NCBI GenBank assembly: GCA_023213395.1
Contig: CM041465.1
Span: forward strand, 186,255,741 to 186,319,740
Length of the DNA: 64,000 nucleotides
Source of the DNA: Cycas panzhihuaensis
Lineage: Eukaryota; Plantae; Cycadophyta
Reading direction: 5' to 3'
The notes beneath the pieces are model-generated. The model was not told where the DNA came from. It saw only the letters and a program-made list of their open reading frames with translations, and searched no databases. Below are positions 24,863 through 39,129 of this stretch, in pieces. Both the position numbers and the translations under genes were made by a program. Every line of letters begins with the position of its first letter. Positions within the stretch are counted from its first letter, which is position 1.

Positions 24863-27800
24863 ACTACTATAAACTTAGATTTACTAATTTTATTCACCGC
24901 AACTCTCCTTTATCTTTTGAAGGCTAAGAGACCTCCATAGCCTCTCCACTATTAAACTCTACCCCTCCTTATTTTAATGAATGCAATACCTTTCTCATCA
25001 ATGACACTATCAATGTCGATCTTGGTATTACAATGATCCTCATATCATTAAAGTAGGGGCCCATTTCTCTCTAAAAGAGATCCAATAGATCAAGGGGCTC
25101 TCCATTAACTCTTCATCTACTTCCATGTGAAATTATTCACATATGAAGGGATTCCAACTTGGTGTGATTATCCATATAAGTGCTAGTGCTAAGTTTACCT
25201 CTTTATGTTAGAATGACTTGATAAGACTTGGCTCCTAACTTATCAAAATAATCTCTCTTCTAAAAGGAAGGCTCAAGATACCTATAATTAGAAACTATAA
25301 TCACAAAAGTTCAAAGTGGAAGATAAAGTGCTTAAACTGGAATATCTCTATAAAAAGTACTATAAATTTATACCAAACTAGATAGGCCCCTTCATTGTAA
25401 TTCAAGATCTAGATAATGGTGCCTATCACATTTTTATGATGTATGGGAGTAAGTTTGAGAGTCTTATTAAATCTTAGTTCCTTTATCCCTATTATGCACA
25501 GCTCATCACTTCCATCACTTTATAATGATATTAAACTATAATATGCTCTAACATAAGCATAAACTATTACCCATTCCCCCAAGCCCAACACTTGGGGACA
25601 TTTCAACTCTAAAATAAGTATAAACTACATAGTTTCTATTTATCTTACTTAGGGAATTCCCACTTACACTTTCCTATTATAGGCTTTGCAAGGAAGGCCT
25701 TAAGTGATGAGAAGTAGATTATGAAGTTTCTTGGAAAAGAGATATATTTCTTTGAGAAGTTGATGAAAGGTTAGGTCTATAATTTCTTTAATATCTCCAC
25801 AGTTGAAGGGTACTAGTCACTATTTCATCGTAGATCTCTTCCCTTATTAAAGGAGCCTCTTAACTCCTTTTGCAAGGAATTTGATACTTTTAATGGAAAT
25901 GTCATTCAGATACTCATTACTTAGACATATACATTATTGTTGGACATCCACATGAAGTTTCCTAGATATTATGAATTAAATCTTGACTATTATCTCATGA
26001 GGGAGATCATTGGAGTCTAAAATCATCTACTAGGTTACCTATTCACCACTATGCTTCATGATTTTAGTTGTCTTGTGTAGTAGTTAGATTTTAATTTAGT
26101 AAGAATAGATTTTGTGGCTTATCCTTGTGATTTTTCCTTAATTTTGGATTTATCGCCTCTACTTCTTAGTGCCCCTCATCTCCTACTAAAGGTCAATTCC
26201 ATGTATAAAGATCTTGTCTTCTTCACCTATAACACCTATCATCGATTGTTCACTATAAGGGGATATGGAGAGAATAAGGTCATAAATACTCATATACCTA
26301 TGTCAAGTCATGTACCAAAAAATAAGTATATATATGCCAAGTCATGTATCGATATTTATAGTAGGCTCTTCATCATTACTTTATCCTCTTATAAAATGGA
26401 GATCATAGCCCATTGATTAGATACGTACCTTATGAGCCCTTTTACACTTGCATCCACTTCTTGGTACATCTCTCATCCCCTATAGGTGGATTTTATATGG
26501 GTCTTATCATATCTATATCTCATTACCTCATCTAGGTGCCATAGTTGTGGCTAGCCTAAGCCATGGGTAAACAAAAGTATCACATCTAAGCTCTATTGAA
26601 TACCTACATAACTGACTATGTCTCCTCCTATATAAATCTAGTCTATGTTAGTCATATATCAACTAAAATGGTAAGTAAATCATGTAGTTAGTTAAAGGGT
26701 CTAGAACATACTTACCAACCATATTCCTCCCTACATATGCCTTATCAATATCTTCTTCTTCTCTATCTAGAAATACAACATGTGGTTGCTTGACACCAGC
26801 ATGAACCTCTCCCTCTCCCTCTCTCTATGGTAGGCTCCTCCTAACCTCATCCTGTCTTGGGTTCCCATCACCCTCATTGTCTATCTCTTCATCAAATGTA
26901 AATATGATCCCTATGATGGATCTCTAATGAAGTTTAGTGGCATACCCATATCTAACACTAGCACCCCCACTAATTTGACCTCTACTCTCTCTAATGTGCC
27001 TCTATCATGGCCTTATCATCCACTGGTTTATCACTAGATCATTTATCCCTAAATTTATCATCATTCCCTATGGTTATGTAATGCTCAGATGGTCAAATAA
27101 CTAGGCCTATTGGATAGATAAATAGGATAATCTACCTCTCCCATGTTACCTTGTGCTTATTAGTTGCTCATGTATATAACTAACTATCAATGAGACCTAC
27201 TTGAACCTCATTCCTTAATCATGAAGTTGGATGACTAGGATCCATCCCTTACGAATCTATTTATAATTTTGTTGATTAGATATATGAAACATAATCACCA
27301 TAGCTAGCACTTTCTACCCTAATGGCACCCCATTTACTCCTTACATTACTTACATATTGATTCCATTATAGATCTAATGATTTATTAAGCTTGTTAGGTA
27401 AGTGACAGAAATATCCCCATGTCTAATCTATTGGCATAAAGGCTACTCTCACCCTCCTCCCTATCTATAAGACCCCTAATATCCTTTGTACATTATCTAG
27501 GGTGATCTCTAGGTCATCAACTCCTCTAAATCTAAAGACAGTAGTCCCTAGCACTTATTGGCTAATCTAATCCATCAATAACCTTGTGTCCATTACTAAG
27601 TAGCTAGGAAAGTAAGCTCATAACACCCCACACCATTATAGCATGGCCCTATCTCTATTTGCCAATCCAATTCTAACCTCTTGTAACATCTCCCCATCAT
27701 TATTTCTTGACTTGATGTGGCACAATCTTTATAAGTCAAATCACTCAAAAAGTTATCAATTCTTATACATAATATCATGTTTGATTCCTTGTGAGTCTAT

Positions 27801-30800
27801 TTTCATAAAAGAATTCCTTCAAAATTATATTTTCTAACCAAAATTCTAGTTTTCTATTAACCATTATTATTTGGTAATATCATACTACCAAAATTTAATT
27901 GATACCACTAAATTTAGGGTCATACTATCAAATTATCTAGTGAAGATATAAAAAATATTAAAGCTATTGCTAAAATATTTAATGGAATAATAGAAATGTA
28001 GTAGTATCTATATAATTTTAGTGGTATGATACTACCACAATATAAAAAAAGAGAGTAAAAAAGAAAATTCTCAATGTCATAGATTTCCTAATGGTTAAAA
28101 TTCATCATGTAGCTCTATTAGGTGGGCCCACTCCTAATTTGTAAGAAATTGGGAGTAATTTACTTTGTGTTTGACCATTTTTTATGAATTTTGGTATTAG
28201 AAAACCATCCTGATACAAACTTATTCTATTTTTTCTTAAAATAAAAAATATAACCATTAAAACTCACTAGATAAGCAAGTCATAGATCTATTGCCTCATT
28301 GTAACTTATGGCTCATCAAATGGTTGCTTGGTTCTTTTGCATTGACCAAATCTCTGTCATAGGTGGTTTCACATATGGTAAAGTGTTTGGTAAAAATGAA
28401 TAAGTTTTCTTCCCCTTTTATAATTTTTTCTCTCACCATTTAAATAGTCATATGAGTTTCACTTTGCTTAACATTTCTTTTATTTGATTAACATTTCTAG
28501 GCCTGTGTGCTTTTACTTGAAATCTTTTATCCTATTTAAACCCTTCAAGCTTATCATTTGCTACCTATTTTCTCTTGTTCTTATTTTTTATCTAACTTAT
28601 TTCTTCCTACTATTATCTATTACTTCTTGTCTAGTTCATTACAATCTCATTTATTATAGTTGTTAGAAATAATTTCACATTCATGATACTACCTTTTAGC
28701 CTTAATCATCTAGACATGAAATGTTTAAACTTCTTATTTCCCTTTTCTTCTATCATTATGTTGTCCCTTGTATACATCATAACTCTACCTAAACTCAGAT
28801 TCATGCATCAATGGCTCAGGATATACCATTTTTAAACATCCTTATTATTTTCCTATGTCAATTGAAGGATCATACAATCATTTTATTCTATAAAAATATT
28901 ACCTAAATGAATAGAGCATCCATCTTGTATCAGACCCCTTCCCAATCTTGAATTATTCATAATCATAGCCTATTGTTTTGGCATTCAAGGTAGGTCATGT
29001 GTTGGTCTTATCCCTGCCTACTAATAAGTAGTTCAGGTCTAGGTTGTCTGGGTCACTTAGGGAATCTAGATCCTAGTTATGGATTACTAATCTCCTCCAG
29101 TGATTAAATCATTCTTGATACTATGATACAAAATCAATTCAAATATAAGTAGAAAGTGCTAATTATCCCTCCAATAGCATCATCCTAGCATCTAAGATAA
29201 GTTGCATTATGGCCTCATCCCGATCTACCACTCAATAGTTTGGATTTAGATCGATTATGCCTTATAAGCTTTTTAAATTCAATGTTGGTTTACTAGGGAT
29301 CTTATCTAAATTAAATCCTAATGTAACTATCATATTCTATCCCATTTTCTACTCATGAATGCCCTTATTCACTTGTGATCTTACCTATCATCTTTCTCCC
29401 CATCTATTTCCTATTCTCCTTTATTTGTTTGGTAGCTCTTTAGTTGACCTTCCACAAGTTATGACTACATCCATGGCATATTTCATTCACATAGATGAAG
29501 GAAGTGAAGAGAACCTTAGGTCTTTGATTATCACTTGAATCATTTAAGCTCTTTTTAGTCAAGTTGTCATAAGTACAAGATTTTTTCTTCCCTTTACTAC
29601 AAATAACCTAATTAAGTATGTTGTTATTCTTGGTGCACTCTAGAATATAATATGCGAGTAGTTTTTTAGAATCATTCTCTGAACATATTCCCTCTTGACC
29701 ATACACTAATTAACTAGTATTTTTCAAACCCTTAGCCCCTAACTTCATGTGATTATTAATTTGGGTAGGTCGTTCTTAATATAGTTTCATTATCTCTAGA
29801 TTCATCATATCCTTAGAGTTTAAAATGCCAAAGTAGATAGCCTACTTAATTATATCCTTGTATAATATCTATGGTTGAAGATTATTATCAACTATTATCA
29901 TCTTGCATCATTCTTGCTACCAAGATTTGACTATTAAGGAGATAAATATTTCCTATATTTTTAGCCTCTATGGCAATTATATATTATTTTCCCTTCATAT
30001 TTACTCTGTGATAAGTAACATATTTTGTATATCCTAAATTCATGAATTGAATTCTAATTTTAGGACACTAATTATTACAAATAGAAACATCATCTTGTAG
30101 GGAGTAAAGGCATGCTTCTTACTCATGATGTAAGCATTCTCTCACTTCCCTTTGGTTTGGTTGATCATTTGGTAGTGATTGCATGTTGATTTGACTATTT
30201 TTTCTCTTTGAAAACTTTTTTTGGTTGTTTTTATAAAACTTGGCAATATTATACCACTACCCTCTACCAAATTCCTTGAGTCTTATATAACATTGTACCA
30301 TAATTTTAGAAATATTACATTATTGTGGACTAGTTTTTGGTGATATTACCTAAAATTTGGCAATATAAGTATTAATTTGTTAGTGTCAATCTAATTTTAG
30401 TAGTATCATACTATACACCTTCAAAATTAGAAAAGATCTTATTTTTTGTCTGCCTATTTAGTTTTATTTTTCCTTTTCTAAATCCCAATATGGCAAAGAA
30501 TGTTATGGGATAAGAGAAATAATGGTCTCTTATAAAAAACTATGGTGAAAAAATGCCCTATTAATTCCTAAAGCTAATGGGGTTTAGGATCTTTTTTCAT
30601 TTTCTTGTCATTCTTGGTTTTGAGAGAGCTCTTATTTTATGCCTTCTGTGCTTTTTCAAGCATGGTTTTTATAGCTTTTTGTGCTTGGTGAAGCTTTAAA
30701 TGAGGAAGATCTTAAATTATTTTTAGATTTCTCCATCAAGATTCATGTATTTTTTGATAATTTCTCTTCAAGCCTTAGGAGGTTAGAAGGATTTTGGTGG

Positions 30801-31900
30801 TGGATTGTTCTCTAATTCCCTCTAGTAGTGAATTAGCCTCTTGGATAGTGAGCTTTCATTATTTTATTGTTGCTTTCACAATTAATTTACTTTAGCTTTA
30901 ATTGCTTCATGATACTTTCAATAGATCTTGGAGTTTCTTAGCCCTATTTGACGTTTCAAGTGATTCAAGATATAATTCCCTACTTTTGGGCTCAAATTTT
31001 CTTAGGGTTCTCATTCTTTATTGGATGCATTTTTATTGTTTTTTATTAGGGGTTAGTGTTCCTCTTTTCTTCTTACTTATTTATAGGTTTATAATCAAGA
31101 TCCCTCATTTAGATTTTGGTATTGCTCAGGATTGATCTCTTACTTATACTCTCCACCTGCTTAGATTTCTTACATCTTATCTCACCTCCCCACATACTTT
31201 GTTGTCATAATAAGAGGATTATATAGCCTTTTCATTATTGATCTAAGAAAGATGCTCCATTTTTAGGTATAATTTATATAAACCATCATTTTATATGATT
31301 CACTTGATTAATTTCCCTTGAGCACTAGAAGTAGGTTCTCATTTTTATTTCTTTTTCGTTCCTATTTTATTTTTCATTTCATATAGTAAATGAATTTATC
31401 TAACATCCCTTTATGTAACATTGCTTACTTGTAGTGTGGCATATTCATATATCATTAGAAGAATGCATACCTTGAAACATACTTACATATATAATCAAAA
31501 CCAAAAGAAAATATAAGAAGGAATAGGAAATTTGAAGGGAAATCCCCTTCATTTCTTGCCTTCTCTATATCTCCTTTTTTTTTTTCTATATGATCTACTA
31601 GGGAGAGTTAAGTGTAAGTGCACTTGAAATCCATAACTCTTGTTTGTATTCTTGAGTGAGTCTATTGTATATTTTCTTGGTTAATGTTTCATGTTTCCTT
31701 TATGTATTTACTTGGCATACTTAGGTATATGTTCTTATATTTACTTGATCGATGTTACATGTTTCCTTTTGTGATTTTACTTAGCATGCTTAGGTAGGCA
31801 TGCTTGAGTTTACATGGTTGATGTTACTTGAAGTGCATAGGAGTTGCATCATTGGATTTGTTCTCTTCTTACTCCTCTTATCTTCTCTTACTTCACAAAT
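24863..31900 (+). mobile_element. Element C': internally deleted non-chromoviral gypsy relative of element C (host of A)
   Basis: ~25005-25060 TINVDLG..PHIIKVGA resembles the pre-RT region of C (~42030-42090). ~25375-25430 is integrase C-terminus GPF....NGAY. Antisense PMD remnant at ~27470-27580. Right boundary uncertain. Confidence 0.55.
27470..27580 (-). pseudogene. Plant mobile domain (PMD, PF10536-like) remnant, antisense in the gypsy 3' region
   Basis: VFRFRGVDDLEITLDNVQRILGV, similar to the PMD motif TFHLP.GEMTITLEDV..ILG. Confidence 0.6.
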
Positions 31901-32594
31901 TTTGGCTCCCTATAGTGTGAATGACACCCATGAAATAATTACAACCAAACATATAGGCTTGTTCTTTAGAACATAGATGACATGTTATTAGTGTATTATA
32001 TGTTGAGGGGATTTAAGAAGTTCATCTTATGGTGTGTTATAAAGATACCACAGAGTCCTAGGTTTAAAGTATCAACACCCTTAATAGTCAATTGTCATTA
32101 GTTATAAGTCAATATGCTATTGTATACATTTTGAGAATAGATTTTCCATACCACTCTAATATATCAAGACCATATTCCCCCAAGGTTCATGTATGTGTGT
32201 TGACACAAGTATATATTATATAAATACTATTCAACATAAGGGATGCAGAGTCTTAGTAGGAGTGTCTTTTATGGTGTTTTTACTTTCTTGCATATGGTTC
32301 CTTTCTTCACCTCTCACTCTTCATGATCTTTTGAGTTGTGATGAAGTTTGTCCCTCCCTCTTCATGCTGCATAATGCTTAAGTTTGAGATAGTCTTACCT
32401 CTAGTTTGTCACCTTCCCTTCTTCCATCCTCTCTCTCCATGAGAGGGCTAGTTCACCTAAGAGCACCCAAATCTTAAGCAAACACTCACTAACCTATAAA
32501 ATAACAAAAAAAATAAAGTTAATAAAATATAGAAATAAAGAATACATAACATTTAGAAATGTCATATTTATTGTATTAAAAAGTAAAATTTATT

Positions 32595-33450
32595 TGACTT
32601 TTAGTATCTTATTACCTTCTATGGAAGCATTTTATCTTTATCTTATTCTCTTTGCTAATGTTTTGAAGAATAAAGGTATATGTGTGTGTTGGGGGCTATG
32701 GGTAGGGGGGAAGTATGGGGAAGATAGAAGTAGAACATTTTATCTTTATTTGATTCTCCTTTTTATTAGATCTTTAGATCGTATTAGCCTATAATAAAAA
32801 ATATAAGGTCTATTATTTTTCTAACTCTTAACATGAGGAAGCTAAGATATTAAGAGTTTAGAATTTGGCAAAAATTAATTATGTTTTCCTTAGAAAAAAA
32901 TTGATCTAAATCTTAGTACCTTACATTCTTATTATCTTCTCTAGAAACTTTTTATCTTTATCTAATTCTTTTCTTTATTGGATCTTGGATTACATTGTGC
33001 CTTAAGCTAAAAATCTAAGGTCTATTATTTTTTAAATATTTAACATAGAGAAGTATAGATCTTTAGAGATCATAATCTAGGAAACTTAATTTTGTTTTTG
33101 TTAAGAAGAAAATTGATATGAATCTTAGTATCTTATTACCTTGCCTAGAAATATTTTATCTTCATTTCATTTTTCTTTTCTAGTGTTTCAAAGAATATGT
33201 ATATAGATATAAGGAGTATGAGGGAGTGGTGTGGTAATAGACCATTTTATATTTATTGGACTATCATTTTTATTATATCTCATACTATACTAGGTATTAA
33301 ACAAAAATGATAAGGTTTATTATTTTTTGAACATTTAACATGGAGAAGTCTACATATTTAGATATTAGAATCTATCAAAAATTAGTTTTCATTTCTTTCA
33401 GAGGAAAGTTTATTTAAATTTTAGTATCTTATTATCTTCACTAGAAACAT
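32595..33450 (+). repeat. Degenerate tandem repeat, ~4 copies of 210-310 bp
   Basis: TTAGTATCTTATTA(C/T)CTT...AGAAAC-like anchor at ~32601, ~32915, ~33125 and ~33421; AAGGT(C/T)TATTATTTTT...TTAACAT at ~32805, ~33017 and ~33312. Confidence 0.75.
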
Positions 33451-36400
33451 GTTTTGATATTTCATCTAATAATATAAGTCATTATTTAAAATTTTTCCAC
33501 TAGTAGGTCTTAACATAGAAGCAGGCCTAATGGATAAAAACCTAAATTTGGTATAATACTCAAGTTTTTTATTTTCTAACATAATAAAGTTTTGGTGTGG
33601 TGTTTATAAATCATAAATATAATAGAGCCTCAACATTTTCCATCATGTTTATTTTGTCAACATATTATTTTAAAGTATCGATAATCTCTAACATAAATAA
33701 TTTCTTATTCATATCACCATAAATATTGAAGCTCTACTAGTAAGGCCAATTCTCAAAACAAATATTATTGAAGTATAATTCCAATAATATTTTTTTTAGT
33801 ACAAGAGAATTACAGCCATGGAATATGCATACCAATATTCTCAATTTAAAATTAGCATAATATTATTTAGAAAAAACTTTATTTATTGTTATGTAATGAA
33901 GTAGCAAAATAGAATATTAACCTAATAATAGCTAAGATAGAAACTAACATTCATGAAGGGCTCTCCAGGCTACACAAACTTAAAGTATAATAATATTCCA
34001 ACTAAAGAGGATTTAAAGTAGGCATATCCCAATAATAAATATTTATTTACTACTATAAATTAAATTTATGGTGCTCTCTAAATTAATAATAGTGTTAAGC
34101 AAATCTTCTAGTATAGGTTAATTCTTGAAGAGAAACATGACCTAAATTCTTTCTAAATAAAGAAGGTCCTTCCTGCATAAACTTCTTTGTAGTTAGTGTG
34201 GATGTACTACTTAGCATCCTTTAAGTAATAAATCTTTTAAAAATATAATTTATAATACTTAATAACCCCTATAATTGTGTCAGCAATGGTGTAAGGCCCC
34301 TATAAGTTAAGGCTACACATTCTCTCCCATTTAAAAAATTAACACTATAAGATGAAGATATTAGCTACCCATGTGGGCATAATTATTAAAATTTATTGCA
34401 TAAGATAATATATTAAAATATGTAATGAAGTAAGAGATGTATGAAGCATTCATTAATATGAAATTGTAATGAATAATAATATAATCTAAAACATTTATTT
34501 GGTATTTATGATAAATATTTAAGTATAATTAATGAAATATATATATATCCATATGCATAACAATCATAAGAGAGATAATATATGATATACTAGATTTATA
34601 CATGGAAAATATAAGATGGAAAAACACATAAGAGAAGGGTGGAACATAGCTCTCTCCATTAGCTCATTTCAGATGTTTAAATGATATGTTTACATATTTA
34701 TAAATTCATTACACCTCATGTATCAACTGATCATGTCATGCCAATACAACAACCAATCACATTACATGTGTGAGAAGCCTTTCAAATTAACTAATGACTA
34801 CTTTACTATTTGACCTACTAATTAAACATTACATCAATATTCTTGAAACTAAATATTCTAAAACTTTAAACTCTTTCCTTTAATATTTAATTTGTGAGTT
34901 GTTAAATATCTTCATCTTTGTGTCTTCATCTTGTATCTTTATTTTCATGTTTTCATACTAGATCTCCTACCCATTTGTATCTTCATTTCACTTGCATCAC
35001 CTATAAATCAATCTATCAAATCTATCTTTATTATGTATATCTTCTATAAGAAAAACCTTGTGACATCATCAATATATTACATCATAGCTCATCAACTATA
35101 AGTATATCAATTAATCAAATAAGTAACTATAACTCATAACTCTCAACTCATCATAATATATGAAGTTTTATCTCAATAGATTTATAGCTTCTACTTATAG
35201 TCTTCAAATAAAACTCATCAAATCATTAATCAACTAATTCACTAATATCCATATAAAATAATAACCATCTACCAAAATATTTACGTAACTAGTTTGCTAT
35301 AATCACTAGTTATCTAGGAAATGTTTCTTATACGTGGCTTATCATCTTTATAAAATTAAAATAACATATTATTATTAGATAAATATGTTGTATAAGAGTA
35401 ATTTGTGAAATTTTCTTAGCTCTTACTTATGAGATATATACATGTTATCTCCATTGATGATTTTATGCATATATTTACACTCAATTCTCAACTAATCCAA
35501 CTAACTAGTCCTAGGAATAAGATATAACCCCTAAATTGTCAAGCTAGTTGTAATATGGTGACATACAATAATATATTTTCATGACTTTGTTTTACTAAAA
35601 TTGGCCCTTATCACTTTTAGTATGTCTCTTGTATTCTTTCATATGAAAATTATTGGTTTGAGGTTTGTTTCATATTACATTAGGCCATCTTTTGTTGAAA
35701 TGTTATATTGATTTCATTGATGATATATGTTGAATTATGATGGATGTATTATTATATAATCACCTACCAATGACTGATAAATATAGAATTAATTCTTCCT
35801 TTCACGATCAATCTTAATCATTTCTTCCTTTAAAACATCCTACTTCATGCTTTTATCTTGATTTCACCTTTACATTATCTTTTTTAATCAAATTTTGGGC
35901 TTGTGCTCATTGTTTTCATCTCTTTTGGGCTATTTTTCTTATTCATTTGTGCTATAATTTATCAATAAAATTATTTTTTGACTTTTTAATGAGTTATTTT
36001 TATCTCCTCATTCATCTCATATTTGATAAAGAAAACCATATTTTTGGTTGTTTAAAAATATGACCAGTCATATTTTTAACTGTTATTCATACAAAACTCT
36101 TCTAGTGTGTCAATTTTCTATATGTCACCACCCAAGTTCAATGAAAATCAAGCCTAATCATGCCTAGAACTAATGGAAACCCAATTATCAGCTATCATTT
36201 AAAGTTAGTGAGTTAGAAATTAAGTTTTTTGGAAGTGTTTCTTGAATTTTTTTGAGAGACTTTGCTTACTGCTATTTGGAAAGCTTTTTTCGAAGAAAAA
36301 GAAGGATGAAGTTAGAAGAAAGATTTTAGAGGTTTGGTTGATATTTTAATTCTACTCAAGTTTTATTATTTGATAATTCTTAGAATACTCAAATCCTTGT

Positions 36401-39129
36401 GAAATTTTCAACTTCAAATTTCTTTTTTCTTGGTAAGATCTTTCTTATTGTGAACTCTTACAAATCTTCTACTCTTTTGTGATTATTTGTGCTTAGAATC
36501 TTTCCTTTCTTCTTAGTGATATTTGAAGTATATTTGTACTTATTTTCTTTATTAGGAATTTGGCTGAAATCTTTGTCCTTTATGGGATAAAAAAATGGGT
36601 AGTCTATTGTGAAGAATGGTTATCTCTTCACTAACTAGATAGCTACTCTTTCCCATTCTTTCCCAGTTATCCAAATTCCCAAGAGGCCTACTTTCATCTT
36701 GACTTATTTATGGCTACCATTAAGCCTATTGTTCTTGTGTCTTATTTTTTTATTTGTTGGTTTTAAAGGAAAATTTAAAGAAGTTTGATCATATGAAAGA
36801 AGGAAATCCATTCTAAGGCAGGAGCTTATTAATAGGTAAGAAACTATAGAAAGTTACTAGTATTTCTCTTGTTTGACTTCATTCCTTTCATTGCTCTCTC
36901 ATTTTAAAAGGAAATCTGAATATATGAATGATATATCTTTGATATAATTAGATAATATGATATTCAAGGATCCTTTGGTGTTCAAAAGACTCAATTTATT
37001 ATAGAATCACTTTACTTTTTAGTCTATTTCTTGTTTATGGATAATGACTTGATTATGATTGATTACATGTAATCTTTGTGATCTAAATATCATTAATTAC
37101 AATAAAAATATTTCTTTAAAATCTCTTTCTTCATCTTAGAATCATTCTTTAAAAAAAAAAAAAAAACATATAATTAGAATAAAAAACTTCATATAAACAT
37201 TGCATATTATTCATTCTCTTGTTGATTTACATACATAGTTGCATGTTGTGTTAATTGCAATTAATGCTAGTTCTCCTTCATTCAAAAAGGGTGTGTTGCA
37301 TCTAAAGAAAATAGTTTCTTTTTTTTTCATCTTAGTATGCTTCATTTTAAGAAGAAAAAGTAAAGGGCATTGCTTGTATGAAGTAAGTTCTTTTATTTGT
37401 GTATTGAAAAGAAGGTGGATAGATCTTCTAGTTTCATTGTTTATTCTTATGATTTTATTTCATTTAAAAAAAATACAAAACAAAATAGAAAAAGAGAAAC
37501 CCCTTCCATCGCTTAACCCTTTTTTTTCATTTTAGTAAAACTCAAAAGGTTGAAAAAATATAAGGAAAGGAGTCCTTAGGAAGGACACATTATACATTAT
37601 TAATATAATTGTAAATTTAGAACTTCTCCATCTGATTGTGTAGGCTAATGGATTCAATCACCCCCCTTACATTCTAGCCTTTTTTTGCTTCATTCTTATC
37701 TTAATTAAATGGCATAATCAAGTGGAGACTCCTTCTTAGGAGTTGGAAAAGGTGGTCCCTTAGGTTCTCTTAGGCTTCTTGTCTCTTAACTTTGACTTGA
37801 AATAGAGGAAACATACTACTAGTTAAAAAATATTTGGTTTAGGTCCAACCAAAGCATGTCATCTTTCTAGTGATTATATTATGGATTACCATTTATTTTC
37901 TTATTTAGAGTGATGGAGAATACAACACCCACTCGTAGATAATCTTTGAGACTTCAAGGTCTCCTATTTGATTTTTAAATGCAACCCTTACATTTTACTT
38001 ATAAAGTTTCATCTTTCTATGATGATTCTTTGGAACATCACCTATATGATACTTATGTTTATCCCCTTGAAGATTCAACCCAATTATATGAAATACCTAT
38101 AGAGAAAGGGTACCCAGAGCCCTCTCAATTGCATGGTGATGCTTCATTTATAAATCCTTCTTTCGCATAAGAATAAATACTTCTTGCTTAAGCACATCCA
38201 TCGTATTTTGAGTTGGTTCTTATTAGGGTCCCTACTCCTCTTCATATGGTTAGATATCAAGACCCTTTTTATTTAGAGACACATACCATGACATCCTTTC
38301 CATAGCATCGTTAGTTTGATCTATTGTATGAGGAGTATGAGTTGATTTAAGTTGAGCCATCAATTACTCCAAATGCTATTTGATATTCCCTACCTTCCTA
38401 TCCTCCTTCACCAAGACCTCACTTCTGTCCTTTATAAGAGGTAGAAGATCATAAGTCAGTTCATTCTCAACCTCTTCTTTTGCCTTCTAGGTTACAGGTT
38501 TAAATCCATTCTCCTAATATCATACCTTTTACACATGAAGATACTTCTACTATTCCCATCCAAGGTAACCTTAGTCCTTCTCATGCTCCTACCTCTTAGT
38601 AAGTAGGTTTACCTTCATTAATGTCACAACTTATTTGTTCCTATTCTACTAGGGTTCTCCCTCTCATCTTGTCTCATCTTCAACTCAATTATTAGTTTAC
38701 TTATCTTATAGAGTTATGCCACATAGTATTAGACCTTATGCTTTTTCTCCTAGAATACTTAATGTAGCCACTTCTTCCCAACATGTTTCTCATACCTATC
38801 TCATTCATCCTTATGTTTTAGTTAGTTAATCTCAAGTTTTAGATCTTGCCAACCCTACCTCCTCATCACATGTTTCTAGACCCATCCCACAACTAGTCCT
38901 TTTTCCTTCATTCAACCTAATCCTTCTTCAATACCCTATGCCATAAACCAATTCTATGGTTAACCTTATAGCTTAGTTTAATCCTTTAACTACTCTTCCA
39001 TCCCATTCTTTTCCTTAATAATAATAACACGTTTCTTATACTACTCTACATCTATCATCCTTACCTTAACGTACCACTACATTGAGGCCAAGGAAAACTT
39101 TTTCAGATTACATGAAGTCTCCTTTTCCA

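Noticed and set aside
31890-31920. CA-AATTT-TGGCTCCC as LTR end plus PBS
   Set aside because: No matching LTR or coding region could be tied to it; used only as a tentative boundary.
34290-35587. Possible LTR starting TGTAAGGCCCC
   Set aside because: No partner LTR, PBS/PPT or TSD found.
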